Shown here piece after piece: positions 8,423 to 17,007 of a stretch of DNA of 59,010 nucleotides. The DNA is from Bacilli bacterium (GTDB lineage Bacteria; Bacillota_I; Bacilli_A; RF39; UBA660): positions 1 to 59,010 of the forward strand of contig JAGHJJ010000012.1 of the NCBI GenBank assembly GCA_017886705.1, in the 5' to 3' direction. Each line of letters opens with the position of its first letter. The stretch's first letter is position 1. The notes beneath the pieces are model-generated. The model had not been told where the DNA came from. It saw nothing but the letters and a program-made list of their open reading frames with translations, and did not search any database. The translations under genes and the position numbers were made by a program.

Positions 8423-11125
8423 ATGCAAAAAAAAGTAATAAAAAGGAAAAACTCATCGAAAAAAAGCACCAGTACCACTAGAGAATATAATCTAAAAAAG
8501 AAACCTCAACAGACAACAAAAAGTAAGAAAGAAAATAAAAATATAATGATTGCCTGTTGGATAGGTTTTGTAGCATTATTATTACTTTGCTATTTAAAAC
8601 TAGGACTAGCATTTACTATTGTTACTGCCATTGGTATTGGTATTATTGTAGGAATTTCTCAATTGCTAAGAAAAACAAAGAATGATAAAAAGAAAAGAAA
8701 AGTTTTAAATATTATACTAATAATCGTCTTAGGGTTAGGAATTCTATGTCTTGCATTATTTGCTGCATTCTTAATCTATATTACAGTAACAGCTCCTGAA
8801 TTTGATGCAGAAGACTTAGATAGTAAAGAAATGACAGTTCTATATGATAAAGATGGACAACCATTCTATGAAAAAGGAGACGAACGAAGAGAAAAAATAA
8901 GTTATGAAGACTTACCTCAAGTATTTATCGATGCTCTTGTCGCAACAGAAGATTCAAGATTCTTTGAACATAATGGTTTTGATGCACCTAGATTTCTAAA
9001 AGCGAGTGTTGGTCAACTTCTAGGAAACTCTGATGCAGGTGGAGCATCAACCATCTCTATGCAAGTAATTAAAAATAAAATTACTTCTAAAAAAGACCAA
9101 GGAATTCAAGGAATTATCCGTAAGTTTACAGATATCTATTTAGCAGTATTTAAACTAGAAAAAAATTATACCAAAGAACAAATTATTGAATTTTATGTAA
9201 ATAACCATGGATTAGGTGGTATGGTCTACGGTGTAGAAGAAGCTGCTCAAACATATTTTGGAAAAAGTGCAAGTGACCTAAACTTATCAGAAGCTGCAAC
9301 AATCGCCGGAATGTTCCAAGCACCTACTTACTACAGACCAGATACCAACCCTGAAAACGCTGAAAAAAGACGTTCTACTGTTCTATATCTAATGGTAAGA
9401 CATGGATATATTACACAAGAAGAAGCAGATATTGCAAACAGTATTCCAGTAGCTGACTTAGTAGTAGAACAAACTGCTTCTTCAGATCCCTATCAAGGAT
9501 ATGCAGATACAGTTATCGCTGAACTAGAAGCCGTTTACGGAATAGATGCTAATAAAACACCAGTGGAAGTATATACAAACTTAGATAGAGCAAAACAAGA
9601 TGCCGTAAACTCTGTTATGAACGGAGAAACCTATACATGGATAGATGATAAAGTACAAGCAGGTGTTACTGTACTAGATTCACAAACAGGAAAAATATTG
9701 GCCGTAGGTGCTGGTAGAAATAGACAAGCAGCAGGATTAAACTTCGCAACAGGTATTAAACGTCAACCAGGATCAACTGCAAAACCATTATTTGATTATG
9801 GTCCAGGTATTGAGTATAACAACTGGTCAACATATACATTATTTGATGATTCACCTTATACATATACAGGTGGACGTCCAATTAAAAACTGGGATAATGG
9901 ATACTTTGGAACAATCACTCTTAGAAGAGCTTTAGCAACATCAAGAAATATCCCTGCATTAAAAGCATTCCAACAAGTAGATAATAAAAAGATTATAGAA
10001 TTTGTAGAAGGTCTAGGTATCACACCAGAAATTGAAAACGGAAAGATTCACGAAGCACACGCTATTGGAGCTTTCAGTCCAGGTGTTTCTACAAAAGATA
10101 TGGCAGCAGCCTATGCTGCATTCTCTAACGGAGGATACTATAATGAACCTCATACAATAGAAAGAATTGTATACCGTGATACAGGAGAAGTAGTAGAATT
10201 CGAAGGTGAAAAGACAAAAGCCATGTCAGACTCTACTGCCTTTATGATTTCTGATGTATTGCAAGATGTAGCATTAACTGGCGGAACACCAACAAATGTA
10301 GCTGCAAAAACAGGAACTACCAACTATGATTCTGAATATATGGAAGAACATAATTTACCAGGAGATGCTATCAGAGATTCCTGGGTAGTAGGATATTCAA
10401 CCAAAACAGTAATCGCATTATGGTATGGTTATGAAAAGAACGATACAACAGGTCGATACGTATTGCACAATGTACCAGCAACCATTCAAAAAGATAGAAT
10501 ATTTAATGCTCTAGTAAGAGCTGGTGCTATGGAATCAAATAGAGAAGCATTTACACAACCATCTAGCGTTGTAAGACTTGGAATTGTATCTGGATCTAAT
10601 CCTCCAGTAGTTGCAGGGTCTGGCTACACAGGAAGCGTTGTATATGAATACTTCAAGAAAGGATATGAACCAGAAGAAACAGATGTTTCAAGTGTACAAC
10701 TTGCAAAACCAGGAAACTTTAAGGTAACATATGACAAAAATACAAATAAAGTAACAATGTCTTGGTCAGCAGTTGACCCTGGTAATAATGAAGGACTAGG
10801 AACCTTTGGATATAACGTATACTTAGGATCAACATTAATTGGCTTTACAGAAAGTACAAGCTATACATATACATTAGGTAGTACATCACCATATGGAACA
10901 TATCGTGTAGTAGCAACCTATAAAGGATATAGTGGACTACAAGGAACTGCTGCAACATATACCCTAAAAGAACCAGAACAAGAAGAGCCAGAAGAACCGA
11001 CAACACCAATTGACCCTTATGAACAACAAAAAGAAAACTGTGCATCGCAAGGTGGTATATGGAATAGTTCAGATAATAGTTGTACTCTACCTCCTACTGG
11101 TGGAGATACACCAACAACTCCATAA
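8423..11125 (+). CDS. ponA: Class A penicillin-binding protein (glycosyltransferase/transpeptidase) with C-terminal FN3-like extension
   Basis: GT51 motifs (EDSRFFEHNGFD, GASTISMQ) and transpeptidase motifs STAKP, SRN and KTGTT. The start is set at the ATG at 8423 behind GGAGG; the track's 8408 start is a TTG inside recU. Confidence 0.92.
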   Translation: MQKKVIKRKNSSKKSTSTTREYNLKKKPQQTTKSKKENKNIMIACWIGFVALLLLCYLKLGLAFTIVTAIGIGIIVGISQLLRKTKNDKKKRKVLNIILIIVLGLGILCLALFAAFLIYITVTAPEFDAEDLDSKEMTVLYDKDGQPFYEKGDERREKISYEDLPQVFIDALVATEDSRFFEHNGFDAPRFLKASVGQLLGNSDAGGASTISMQVIKNKITSKKDQGIQGIIRKFTDIYLAVFKLEKNYTKEQIIEFYVNNHGLGGMVYGVEEAAQTYFGKSASDLNLSEAATIAGMFQAPTYYRPDTNPENAEKRRSTVLYLMVRHGYITQEEADIANSIPVADLVVEQTASSDPYQGYADTVIAELEAVYGIDANKTPVEVYTNLDRAKQDAVNSVMNGETYTWIDDKVQAGVTVLDSQTGKILAVGAGRNRQAAGLNFATGIKRQPGSTAKPLFDYGPGIEYNNWSTYTLFDDSPYTYTGGRPIKNWDNGYFGTITLRRALATSRNIPALKAFQQVDNKKIIEFVEGLGITPEIENGKIHEAHAIGAFSPGVSTKDMAAAYAAFSNGGYYNEPHTIERIVYRDTGEVVEFEGEKTKAMSDSTAFMISDVLQDVALTGGTPTNVAAKTGTTNYDSEYMEEHNLPGDAIRDSWVVGYSTKTVIALWYGYEKNDTTGRYVLHNVPATIQKDRIFNALVRAGAMESNREAFTQPSSVVRLGIVSGSNPPVVAGSGYTGSVVYEYFKKGYEPEETDVSSVQLAKPGNFKVTYDKNTNKVTMSWSAVDPGNNEGLGTFGYNVYLGSTLIGFTESTSYTYTLGSTSPYGTYRVVATYKGYSGLQGTAATYTLKEPEQEEPEEPTTPIDPYEQQKENCASQGGIWNSSDNSCTLPPTGGDTPTTP

Positions 11126-11141
11126 CATAGAAAAAGAAGAA

Positions 11142-11777
11142 TCAATCAAGATTCTTCTTTTTTTCACGACAATATTCTTTTAATGGACAATCCTTACATA
11201 AAGGCTTTACTGCTTTACAATAATATCTACCAAAAAGTACCATTTGTAAATGAAACTTAGCTCTGCGTTCCTTAGGAACCTTCTTCATAAGTTTTCTTTC
11301 AACATCTAAAACAGAATCTTTCTGATAAGCAAGTTTAAGCCTTTTAGAGACACGTTCTACATGCGTATCTACCGCAATAGCAGGATAATGATAAAACTCT
11401 GCTAAAAAGACATTAACTGTCTTTCTACCAACACCAGGAAAACTTTCTAATATATCTCTATCTGTAGGAACAACACCATCAAACTCATTAACTAATCTAC
11501 TAGCAATCTCCTTCAAATAACTAGCCTTCTTACGAAAAGAACCAACAGGTCGAATAATATCTTCTAAATCAGTAAGCGATGCATTAGCTAACTCCTCTAA
11601 CGTAGGATACTTAGAAAAGATAATAGGTGTGACAGAATTCACTCTCTTATCCGTAGACTGAGCACTTAACACAACAGCCATCAATAATTGATAATCCGTC
11701 TGATAAGTAAGTTCACACTTAGGATTAGGAAAAAGATAATCTAAATACTCAATTAACTTATTCTGAATCATCATCAA
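11142..11777 (-). CDS. nth: Endonuclease III
   Basis: HhH-GPD motif (FPGVGRKTVNV), catalytic D (AVDTHV) and a C-terminal 4Fe-4S cluster CKAVKPLCKDCPLKEYC. Confidence 0.93.
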   Translation of the reverse strand: MMMIQNKLIEYLDYLFPNPKCELTYQTDYQLLMAVVLSAQSTDKRVNSVTPIIFSKYPTLEELANASLTDLEDIIRPVGSFRKKASYLKEIASRLVNEFDGVVPTDRDILESFPGVGRKTVNVFLAEFYHYPAIAVDTHVERVSKRLKLAYQKDSVLDVERKLMKKVPKERRAKFHLQMVLFGRYYCKAVKPLCKDCPLKEYCREKKKNLD

Positions 11778-12435
11778 ACCAGTCCCAATCTACAATATCT
11801 AAATCAATATTACTATCAGCTTCTTCTTCCCTACGCTGTGCTCTCTTATGACGATTATCCTCAACATCCTTAACTGTTTTTATACCTTGCTTCCCCCATT
11901 CATAAAGTATCTTATCGATATATCTCAAATTAGAAACCCCGTTAAAGGTAGCTTCTTTAATTGCTTCCTTAATTAAATCTTCACTCATATCATTATCAAG
12001 CCATGCCTTAATAATTTCATATTCCATGGGACTAAGCGTCCTACCAAACTCCTTTTCTACAACTTCAAAAATATTAGATTGATAATTACTCTTTTCATTC
12101 TCTTCTTCTACCATATTCAAAGTTAATTTACGATAAAATCCATCAAGTAATACTACTTCTTCCATAAGACCTTTTTCATTCTTAATAACTTCTACTTGTA
12201 TTAACTTCTTCTCAGTCAAAGAATCAATATACTCCATAATCTTAGAAAGATCCATTTGAAGCTCCTCTTGATATTTCGATGGATTAAACAAACTCTTATC
12301 CCCTAACTGATATAAATACATCAAAAAAATAAACTCTTCCAAAGTAAGTTTTAATTTCTTATAATTCTTTAAAAAATAAAGAGGAATAACTAAATGACCT
12401 TGTTTAAAAATCTCTATAAACTGCCGGTTCTTCAT
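11758..12435 (-). CDS. dnaD: DnaD-domain replication initiation protein
   Basis: Winged-helix N-terminal domain plus a DnaD/DnaB_2 C-terminal domain (FGRTLSPMEYEIIKAWLDND...YIDKILYEWGKQGIKT). It overlaps nth, matching dnaD-nth synteny. Confidence 0.8.
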   Translation of the reverse strand: MKNRQFIEIFKQGHLVIPLYFLKNYKKLKLTLEEFIFLMYLYQLGDKSLFNPSKYQEELQMDLSKIMEYIDSLTEKKLIQVEVIKNEKGLMEEVVLLDGFYRKLTLNMVEEENEKSNYQSNIFEVVEKEFGRTLSPMEYEIIKAWLDNDMSEDLIKEAIKEATFNGVSNLRYIDKILYEWGKQGIKTVKDVEDNRHKRAQRREEEADSNIDLDIVDWDWFDDDSE

Positions 12436-12496
12436 CTAATCATCTCCCTTCATAATCGTTTATATAATATCACAAAAATAAGAAGAAAAAAAGCTC

Positions 12497-13597
12497 CTAA
12501 CAAACAGAAGCAAATTTTTCTTTAATATAACTAAGTAATTTTTGTTTTTGATTAGGTAATCTACGATATAAAACCTCTCGTTCAATATCCTCATAAATAT
12601 CACTTAAATACTCTCCAGGTTCCCTATCAAGGCATTCCATAATCTCCTCACTAGTAACATCTAAATCACTTCTACTGTGGATAATTAAAGCATTATAAGA
12701 CTCCGTAATTTTTTTCTTATCTAATCCCTTCATCTCTCCAGCAACACTATTAACATAAAGACCATACTCATATAAAGCCATAGGATCTAAATTATTTAAA
12801 GACATAGCCTTTCTAATATCAGCCATCATCTCTTTTTCATTATTAGAAAAAGGATAAAGTAAATCTACATCTAATACACTCCATATACCAATAACACTAT
12901 CAGTATTTTCAACCTGTGATAATTTCTCTAACTCTAAATTCTTATCCAAATGATACTGAAGTAATAAATCAATTCCTTTATCTGCATGACCAGAAGCAAA
13001 AATTTTATCTAATTCCTCTTTTTTTCTCTGATAAGAAAGCTCACTTAGTAAATGACGAGTCTCTAAAATAGCAGAAGAAACAGAGGCATCTAACTGAAAA
13101 TCTAATACTGTTGCGAAACGAATAGCTCGAAGAATACGTAAAGCATCTTCCTGAAATCTATCAGCAGCATCCCCGATAGTACGAATTAGCTTACGCTCTA
13201 AATCATCTCTACCACCTAAAAAGTCAATAACTTCTCCATTCTCATCAATACAGATAGCATTAATGGTAAAATCTCTTCTTAATAAATCTTGATATAAATC
13301 ATCAATATATTGAATCTCGACTGGCTTACGATGATCTTGATAGGAAAACTCTTTACGAAATGTCGTAATTTCAAAACGAATTCCATATTTATTCACAATA
13401 ACAGATCCATAATCCTCAGTAGGTAGAAAACTATCTTCAAATACTTCTTTAATCTCTTTAGGAGTAGCATTAGTACATACATCAATATCTTGCGATTCTC
13501 TACCTAATAAATAATCACGAACAAATCCTCCTACTATATAAGCTTTATAATCATGAGAAGTAAGTTCTTTTAATAGTTTTAAAGCACTTTCTAACAT
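12497..13597 (-). CDS. cca: CCA-adding tRNA nucleotidyltransferase
   Basis: PolyA_pol head motif YIVGGFVRDYLLGR..DIDV, then RRDFTINA. I prefer the ATG at 13597 (GGTGA upstream) over the track start at 13633. Confidence 0.88.
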   Translation of the reverse strand: MLESALKLLKELTSHDYKAYIVGGFVRDYLLGRESQDIDVCTNATPKEIKEVFEDSFLPTEDYGSVIVNKYGIRFEITTFRKEFSYQDHRKPVEIQYIDDLYQDLLRRDFTINAICIDENGEVIDFLGGRDDLERKLIRTIGDAADRFQEDALRILRAIRFATVLDFQLDASVSSAILETRHLLSELSYQRKKEELDKIFASGHADKGIDLLLQYHLDKNLELEKLSQVENTDSVIGIWSVLDVDLLYPFSNNEKEMMADIRKAMSLNNLDPMALYEYGLYVNSVAGEMKGLDKKKITESYNALIIHSRSDLDVTSEEIMECLDREPGEYLSDIYEDIEREVLYRRLPNQKQKLLSYIKEKFASVC

Positions 13598-13654
13598 TCT
13601 ATCACCATAAATAGTATACCATAATTTAACCATTATGAAAATTGAAAAAAGAAT

Positions 13655-13688
13655 TAAACAAAAAAAAAGAGAACAACGAATCGTTCTC
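13655..13688 (-). terminator. Intrinsic terminator after hup
   Basis: Minus strand: GAGAACGA-TTCG-TTGTTCTC (8-bp stem, 13669-13688) followed by a run of nine T. Confidence 0.8.
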
Positions 13689-13704
13689 TAATCTACAATC
13701 AATA

Positions 13705-13977
13705 TTAGTTTACAGCATCTTTTAATGCAGAACCAGCTTTGAATGTAACAGCTTTTCTAGCAGCGATTGCAACTGGCTCACCAGTTCTAGGGTTACGACC
13801 TTCACGAGCTGCTCTTTCAGATACATCAAATGTTCCAAAACCAACTAGTGGAACTTTGTCTCCATTTGCTAAAGCATTTGTAATTGCTTTAAAAGTAGCA
13901 TCAATTGCCTTTGTAGCATCAGCTTTAGTTAATCCAGTCTCTTCAGCAACAGCTTCTACTAATTCAACTTTTTTCAT
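13705..13977 (-). CDS. hup: DNA-binding protein HU
   Basis: Canonical 90-aa HU sequence (GFGTFDVSERAAREGRNPRTGEPV). Confidence 0.96.
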   Translation of the reverse strand: MKKVELVEAVAEETGLTKADATKAIDATFKAITNALANGDKVPLVGFGTFDVSERAAREGRNPRTGEPVAIAARKAVTFKAGSALKDAVN

Positions 13978-14074
13978 TAATATATACCTCCCTAATAATA
14001 TTAATTAAGCACTTTATGCTTACATATCAAATCTACCATGTTTTTATACAAATTGCAAGAAATATCAACAAATT

Positions 14075-14413
14075 TTACTTACTTTTACGCAAGTGTTCAT
14101 CGATAGATGTAAGTAACGAAATAATATGGCCAATAGCGTAGAAAAACAAACAAACTAAGAAAGAAACAAACCAAAAAAATACCATCAAAGAAAAATTAAA
14201 TTCAGTCGTAGTACATGTACCATAAAAATTAGAACTACTACCACAAGCTGGAAATAAATTTCCTAAAATAATTCCAAAACAGAAACATACTAAAAAGGTA
14301 ACAATAGCAAATTTTTGATAACCATTAAAAGTATAATGAGACATTTCTTTGGTAATATTTCTTAATTTAGGAAGTTCTTCTTTTTCACGTTCAATCTCTT
14401 CAAACATATTCAT
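14075..14413 (-). CDS. Hypothetical small membrane protein (112 aa)
   Basis: Two or three hydrophobic helices. Tightly packed, 2 nt after the upstream membrane-protein gene. Confidence 0.5.
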   Translation of the reverse strand: MNMFEEIEREKEELPKLRNITKEMSHYTFNGYQKFAIVTFLVCFCFGIILGNLFPACGSSSNFYGTCTTTEFNFSLMVFFWFVSFLVCLFFYAIGHIISLLTSIDEHLRKSK

Positions 14414-14415
14414 AA

Positions 14416-15246
14416 TTATTTCCCCCTCTTTTTCTTAGTATCTTTCTTTGTCTTTTTTACTTTCTTTTCATCCCTACTATCATCATTAGCAAGATGATCT
14501 ACTTCTTTCATAACAGAATCAACAGTATCTCCTACAGTATCTTTAATATCATCAACAACTTCATCTAATCTATCTTTTACTTCCTCAACTTTTTCTTTAA
14601 TTTCATCAATACTTGTAGTAGGATTAATCTTCTTCTCCTTATTATCAACAAAACATCCATATAAATAAATATATCTAGCAAATAAAATCATGAAAAAGGC
14701 ATCTAAACAAGCAAGTATCGTACCATCTGGCGTTGTCGTTGCAATCAAATCTATTGCAAGAATAAAAACAGTAAAAACAAAGATTGCATAAAAATAAGCA
14801 TCATTTTTAATTTCATTAAATGGCGAACGGTTTAAATGAAACTCCTTCCATACCCTAGTTCTACGAAAAAGAATATGAAATAAATAGATAAACAAAGTAA
14901 GATGCAAAAGACATCCAACAAAAGTTTCTAATGAAAATGACTGAAATAAAGTTAAAATAGATGTTATCGCAGTAATAAAGTAAAGTAAGACTAAAAATAC
15001 ATTTAAAAAGTCAAAATATCTTTTCCCTACTCTTGTCTTTAATGCTACAAAATAGACTAATACAATTAAATAGACACTATTATGATTAATAATACTACTT
15101 AAAATAGCTTGTGTACTAAGATTATTATTAATTGCAAATGATTGACTTAAGATAATAATAATCGCAATTAATGCAATAATAATATTAGTGATAATCCCTG
15201 GATTATCATACCATTCAACTTCTACTTGTTTTTTTTCTAATTCCAT
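14416..15246 (-). CDS. Hypothetical polytopic membrane protein with charged C-terminal tail (276 aa)
   Basis: About six hydrophobic segments, then an acidic coiled region and a KKVKKTKKDTKKKRGK tail. Confidence 0.55.
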   Translation of the reverse strand: MELEKKQVEVEWYDNPGIITNIIIALIAIIIILSQSFAINNNLSTQAILSSIINHNSVYLIVLVYFVALKTRVGKRYFDFLNVFLVLLYFITAITSILTLFQSFSLETFVGCLLHLTLFIYLFHILFRRTRVWKEFHLNRSPFNEIKNDAYFYAIFVFTVFILAIDLIATTTPDGTILACLDAFFMILFARYIYLYGCFVDNKEKKINPTTSIDEIKEKVEEVKDRLDEVVDDIKDTVGDTVDSVMKEVDHLANDDSRDEKKVKKTKKDTKKKRGK

Positions 15247-15335
15247 ATCTATCCTCCTAACTATAATGTATTATAACATAAATATAATAACTTTACTGTG
15301 AAGAACAACTTTTTCTTTAAAATTTGACAGTCCTA

Positions 15336-15344
15336 TGATATAAT
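15336..15344 (+). promoter_or_regulatory. Possible extended -10 promoter for der (TGATATAAT)
   Basis: TGnTATAAT lies 24 nt upstream of the der ATG. The nearby TTGACA is too close (9 nt) to act as its -35. Confidence 0.35.
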
Positions 15345-15367
15345 ACCAGTGAATTGGAGGGGATAGT

Positions 15368-16672
15368 ATGATACCTACTGTAGCTTTAGTGGGAAGACCA
15401 AATGTTGGAAAATCAACCCTATTTAATAAAATAGTTGGTAAAAAAATATCAATTATTGAAGATATACCAGGAGTAACTAGAGACAGAATATATCAAGAGA
15501 CATCTTATAATAATAAGAGATTTTATTTAATAGATACTGGTGGTATTGATGCTAGTAAAATGAAGTTTAATGATGAAATAAAAATGCAAGCAGAATTAGC
15601 GATTAAAGAAGCAGATATCGTAGTATTTATTGTTGATGGAAAAGAAGGTCTAACGAGTAATGACTTATTAGTAAGAGATATTCTTAGAAAAAGTAAAAAA
15701 GAAGTAATTGTAGCAATCAACAAAGTAGATAACAAAGAAGCAAACAATCATATATACGATTTCTATGAACTAGGATTTTCAACTTATATTCCTATTAGTA
15801 GTATTCATAATACAGGATATATTGAATTAATGGAAGAAATTACTAAAAATTTCCAAGAACAAGAAGAAAAAGAAGATAGTAGATTAAAATTTTCAATTAT
15901 CGGACGTCCTAACGTAGGAAAAAGTAGCCTAATGAATGCTTTATTAAATGAAGAACGTGTCGTAGTATCAGATATTGCTGGTACAACACGTGATTCTATC
16001 GATTCCGTATTAAAATATCATAATGAAGAATATGTCCTAATCGATACCGCTGGTATGAGAAAAAAAGGAAAAATTTTTGAATCCATAGAAAAATATAGTC
16101 TATTACGTTCTTTAAAAGCAATTGATAGAAGTGATATCTGTCTAGTAGTAATCAATGCCGAAGAAGGAATAAAAGAACACGATAAACATATCGCAGGATA
16201 TGCCATAGAACGTGGAAAAGGAGTAATCTTTGTAGTAAATAAATGGGATACGGTAAAAGATACCACCATTCCAGAATTTGAAAAACTAATGCGAGCAGAA
16301 TTTCAATTTGCAACCTATGCACCAGTCGTATTTTTATCTGCACTAACAAAAAAAAGAATTCATACACTAATGCCAGAAATTATCAAAGTAGGAGAAAATA
16401 TTAAACGAGAAATTCCAACCAGCATCTTAAATAATGTAATATTAGATGCCTATCAATTAAATATTCCTCCTTCATATAAAGGAAAAAGACTAAAAATATA
16501 TTTCACATCACAAACGGGAACAAAACCTCCCAAATTTACGTTCCGCGTAAATAATAAAGGATTAGTACATTTTTCTTATGAAAGATATTTAGAAAATAAA
16601 TTAAGAGAAAACTTTGAATTAGAAGGAACACCAATTGTCTTACAATTTAAAAACAGAAACGGAGACGAATAA
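15368..16672 (+). CDS. der: Ribosome-associated GTPase Der/EngA
   Basis: Two tandem GTPase domains (GRPNVGKSTLFN and GRPNVGKSSLMN; DTGG and DTAG; NKVD and NKWD) plus a KH-like C-terminus. Confidence 0.96.
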   Translation: MIPTVALVGRPNVGKSTLFNKIVGKKISIIEDIPGVTRDRIYQETSYNNKRFYLIDTGGIDASKMKFNDEIKMQAELAIKEADIVVFIVDGKEGLTSNDLLVRDILRKSKKEVIVAINKVDNKEANNHIYDFYELGFSTYIPISSIHNTGYIELMEEITKNFQEQEEKEDSRLKFSIIGRPNVGKSSLMNALLNEERVVVSDIAGTTRDSIDSVLKYHNEEYVLIDTAGMRKKGKIFESIEKYSLLRSLKAIDRSDICLVVINAEEGIKEHDKHIAGYAIERGKGVIFVVNKWDTVKDTTIPEFEKLMRAEFQFATYAPVVFLSALTKKRIHTLMPEIIKVGENIKREIPTSILNNVILDAYQLNIPPSYKGKRLKIYFTSQTGTKPPKFTFRVNNKGLVHFSYERYLENKLRENFELEGTPIVLQFKNRNGDE

Positions 16673-16673
16673 T

Positions 16674-16976
16674 ATGATAATAGGAAATAACAGAGGAAAC
16701 CAGACAAACGGTTTTACAAAACCATTAGGAAATCACTTTGAAAATAACCAGTTCCAAAATAAAAATCAACAGTTTCAACAACAACTAAATACCAATCAGC
16801 CAAAAAATATTTTTACTCAGGAAATCACAACAAATCAACATGTAAATCCAACAAGTAAAAATGATATGTATGATAAAACATTAGCTCTTCTTCATGAAAG
16901 ATTAAGTCAAGGAGCAATCACTCTAGAAGAGTTTAATAGAAAATGTCGAGAACTAAGCAAAAAAAGGCAAAAATAA
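16674..16976 (+). CDS. Small Q/N-rich protein with SHOCT-like C-terminus (100 aa)
   Basis: The ATG at 16674 follows GGAGA and lies 2 nt after the der stop. The C-terminus LALLHERLSQGAITLEEFNRKCRELS resembles the SHOCT short C-terminal domain. Confidence 0.45.
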   Translation: MIIGNNRGNQTNGFTKPLGNHFENNQFQNKNQQFQQQLNTNQPKNIFTQEITTNQHVNPTSKNDMYDKTLALLHERLSQGAITLEEFNRKCRELSKKRQK

Positions 16977-17007
16977 ATCAACTTCTTGCGAAGTTGATTA
17001 TTTTTTT
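16977..17007 (+). terminator. Intrinsic terminator after the der operon
   Basis: ATCAACTTC-TTGC-GAAGTTGAT (9-bp stem) followed by TATTTTTTT. It overlaps the stop of the convergent 951-aa gene. Confidence 0.75.

Noticed and set aside
15324-15344. TTGACA at 15324-15329 as the -35 of the der promoter
   Set aside because: Only 9 nt separate it from the TATAAT, which is incompatible with a sigma-A promoter. I kept only the extended -10 (TGATATAAT) as a weak call.
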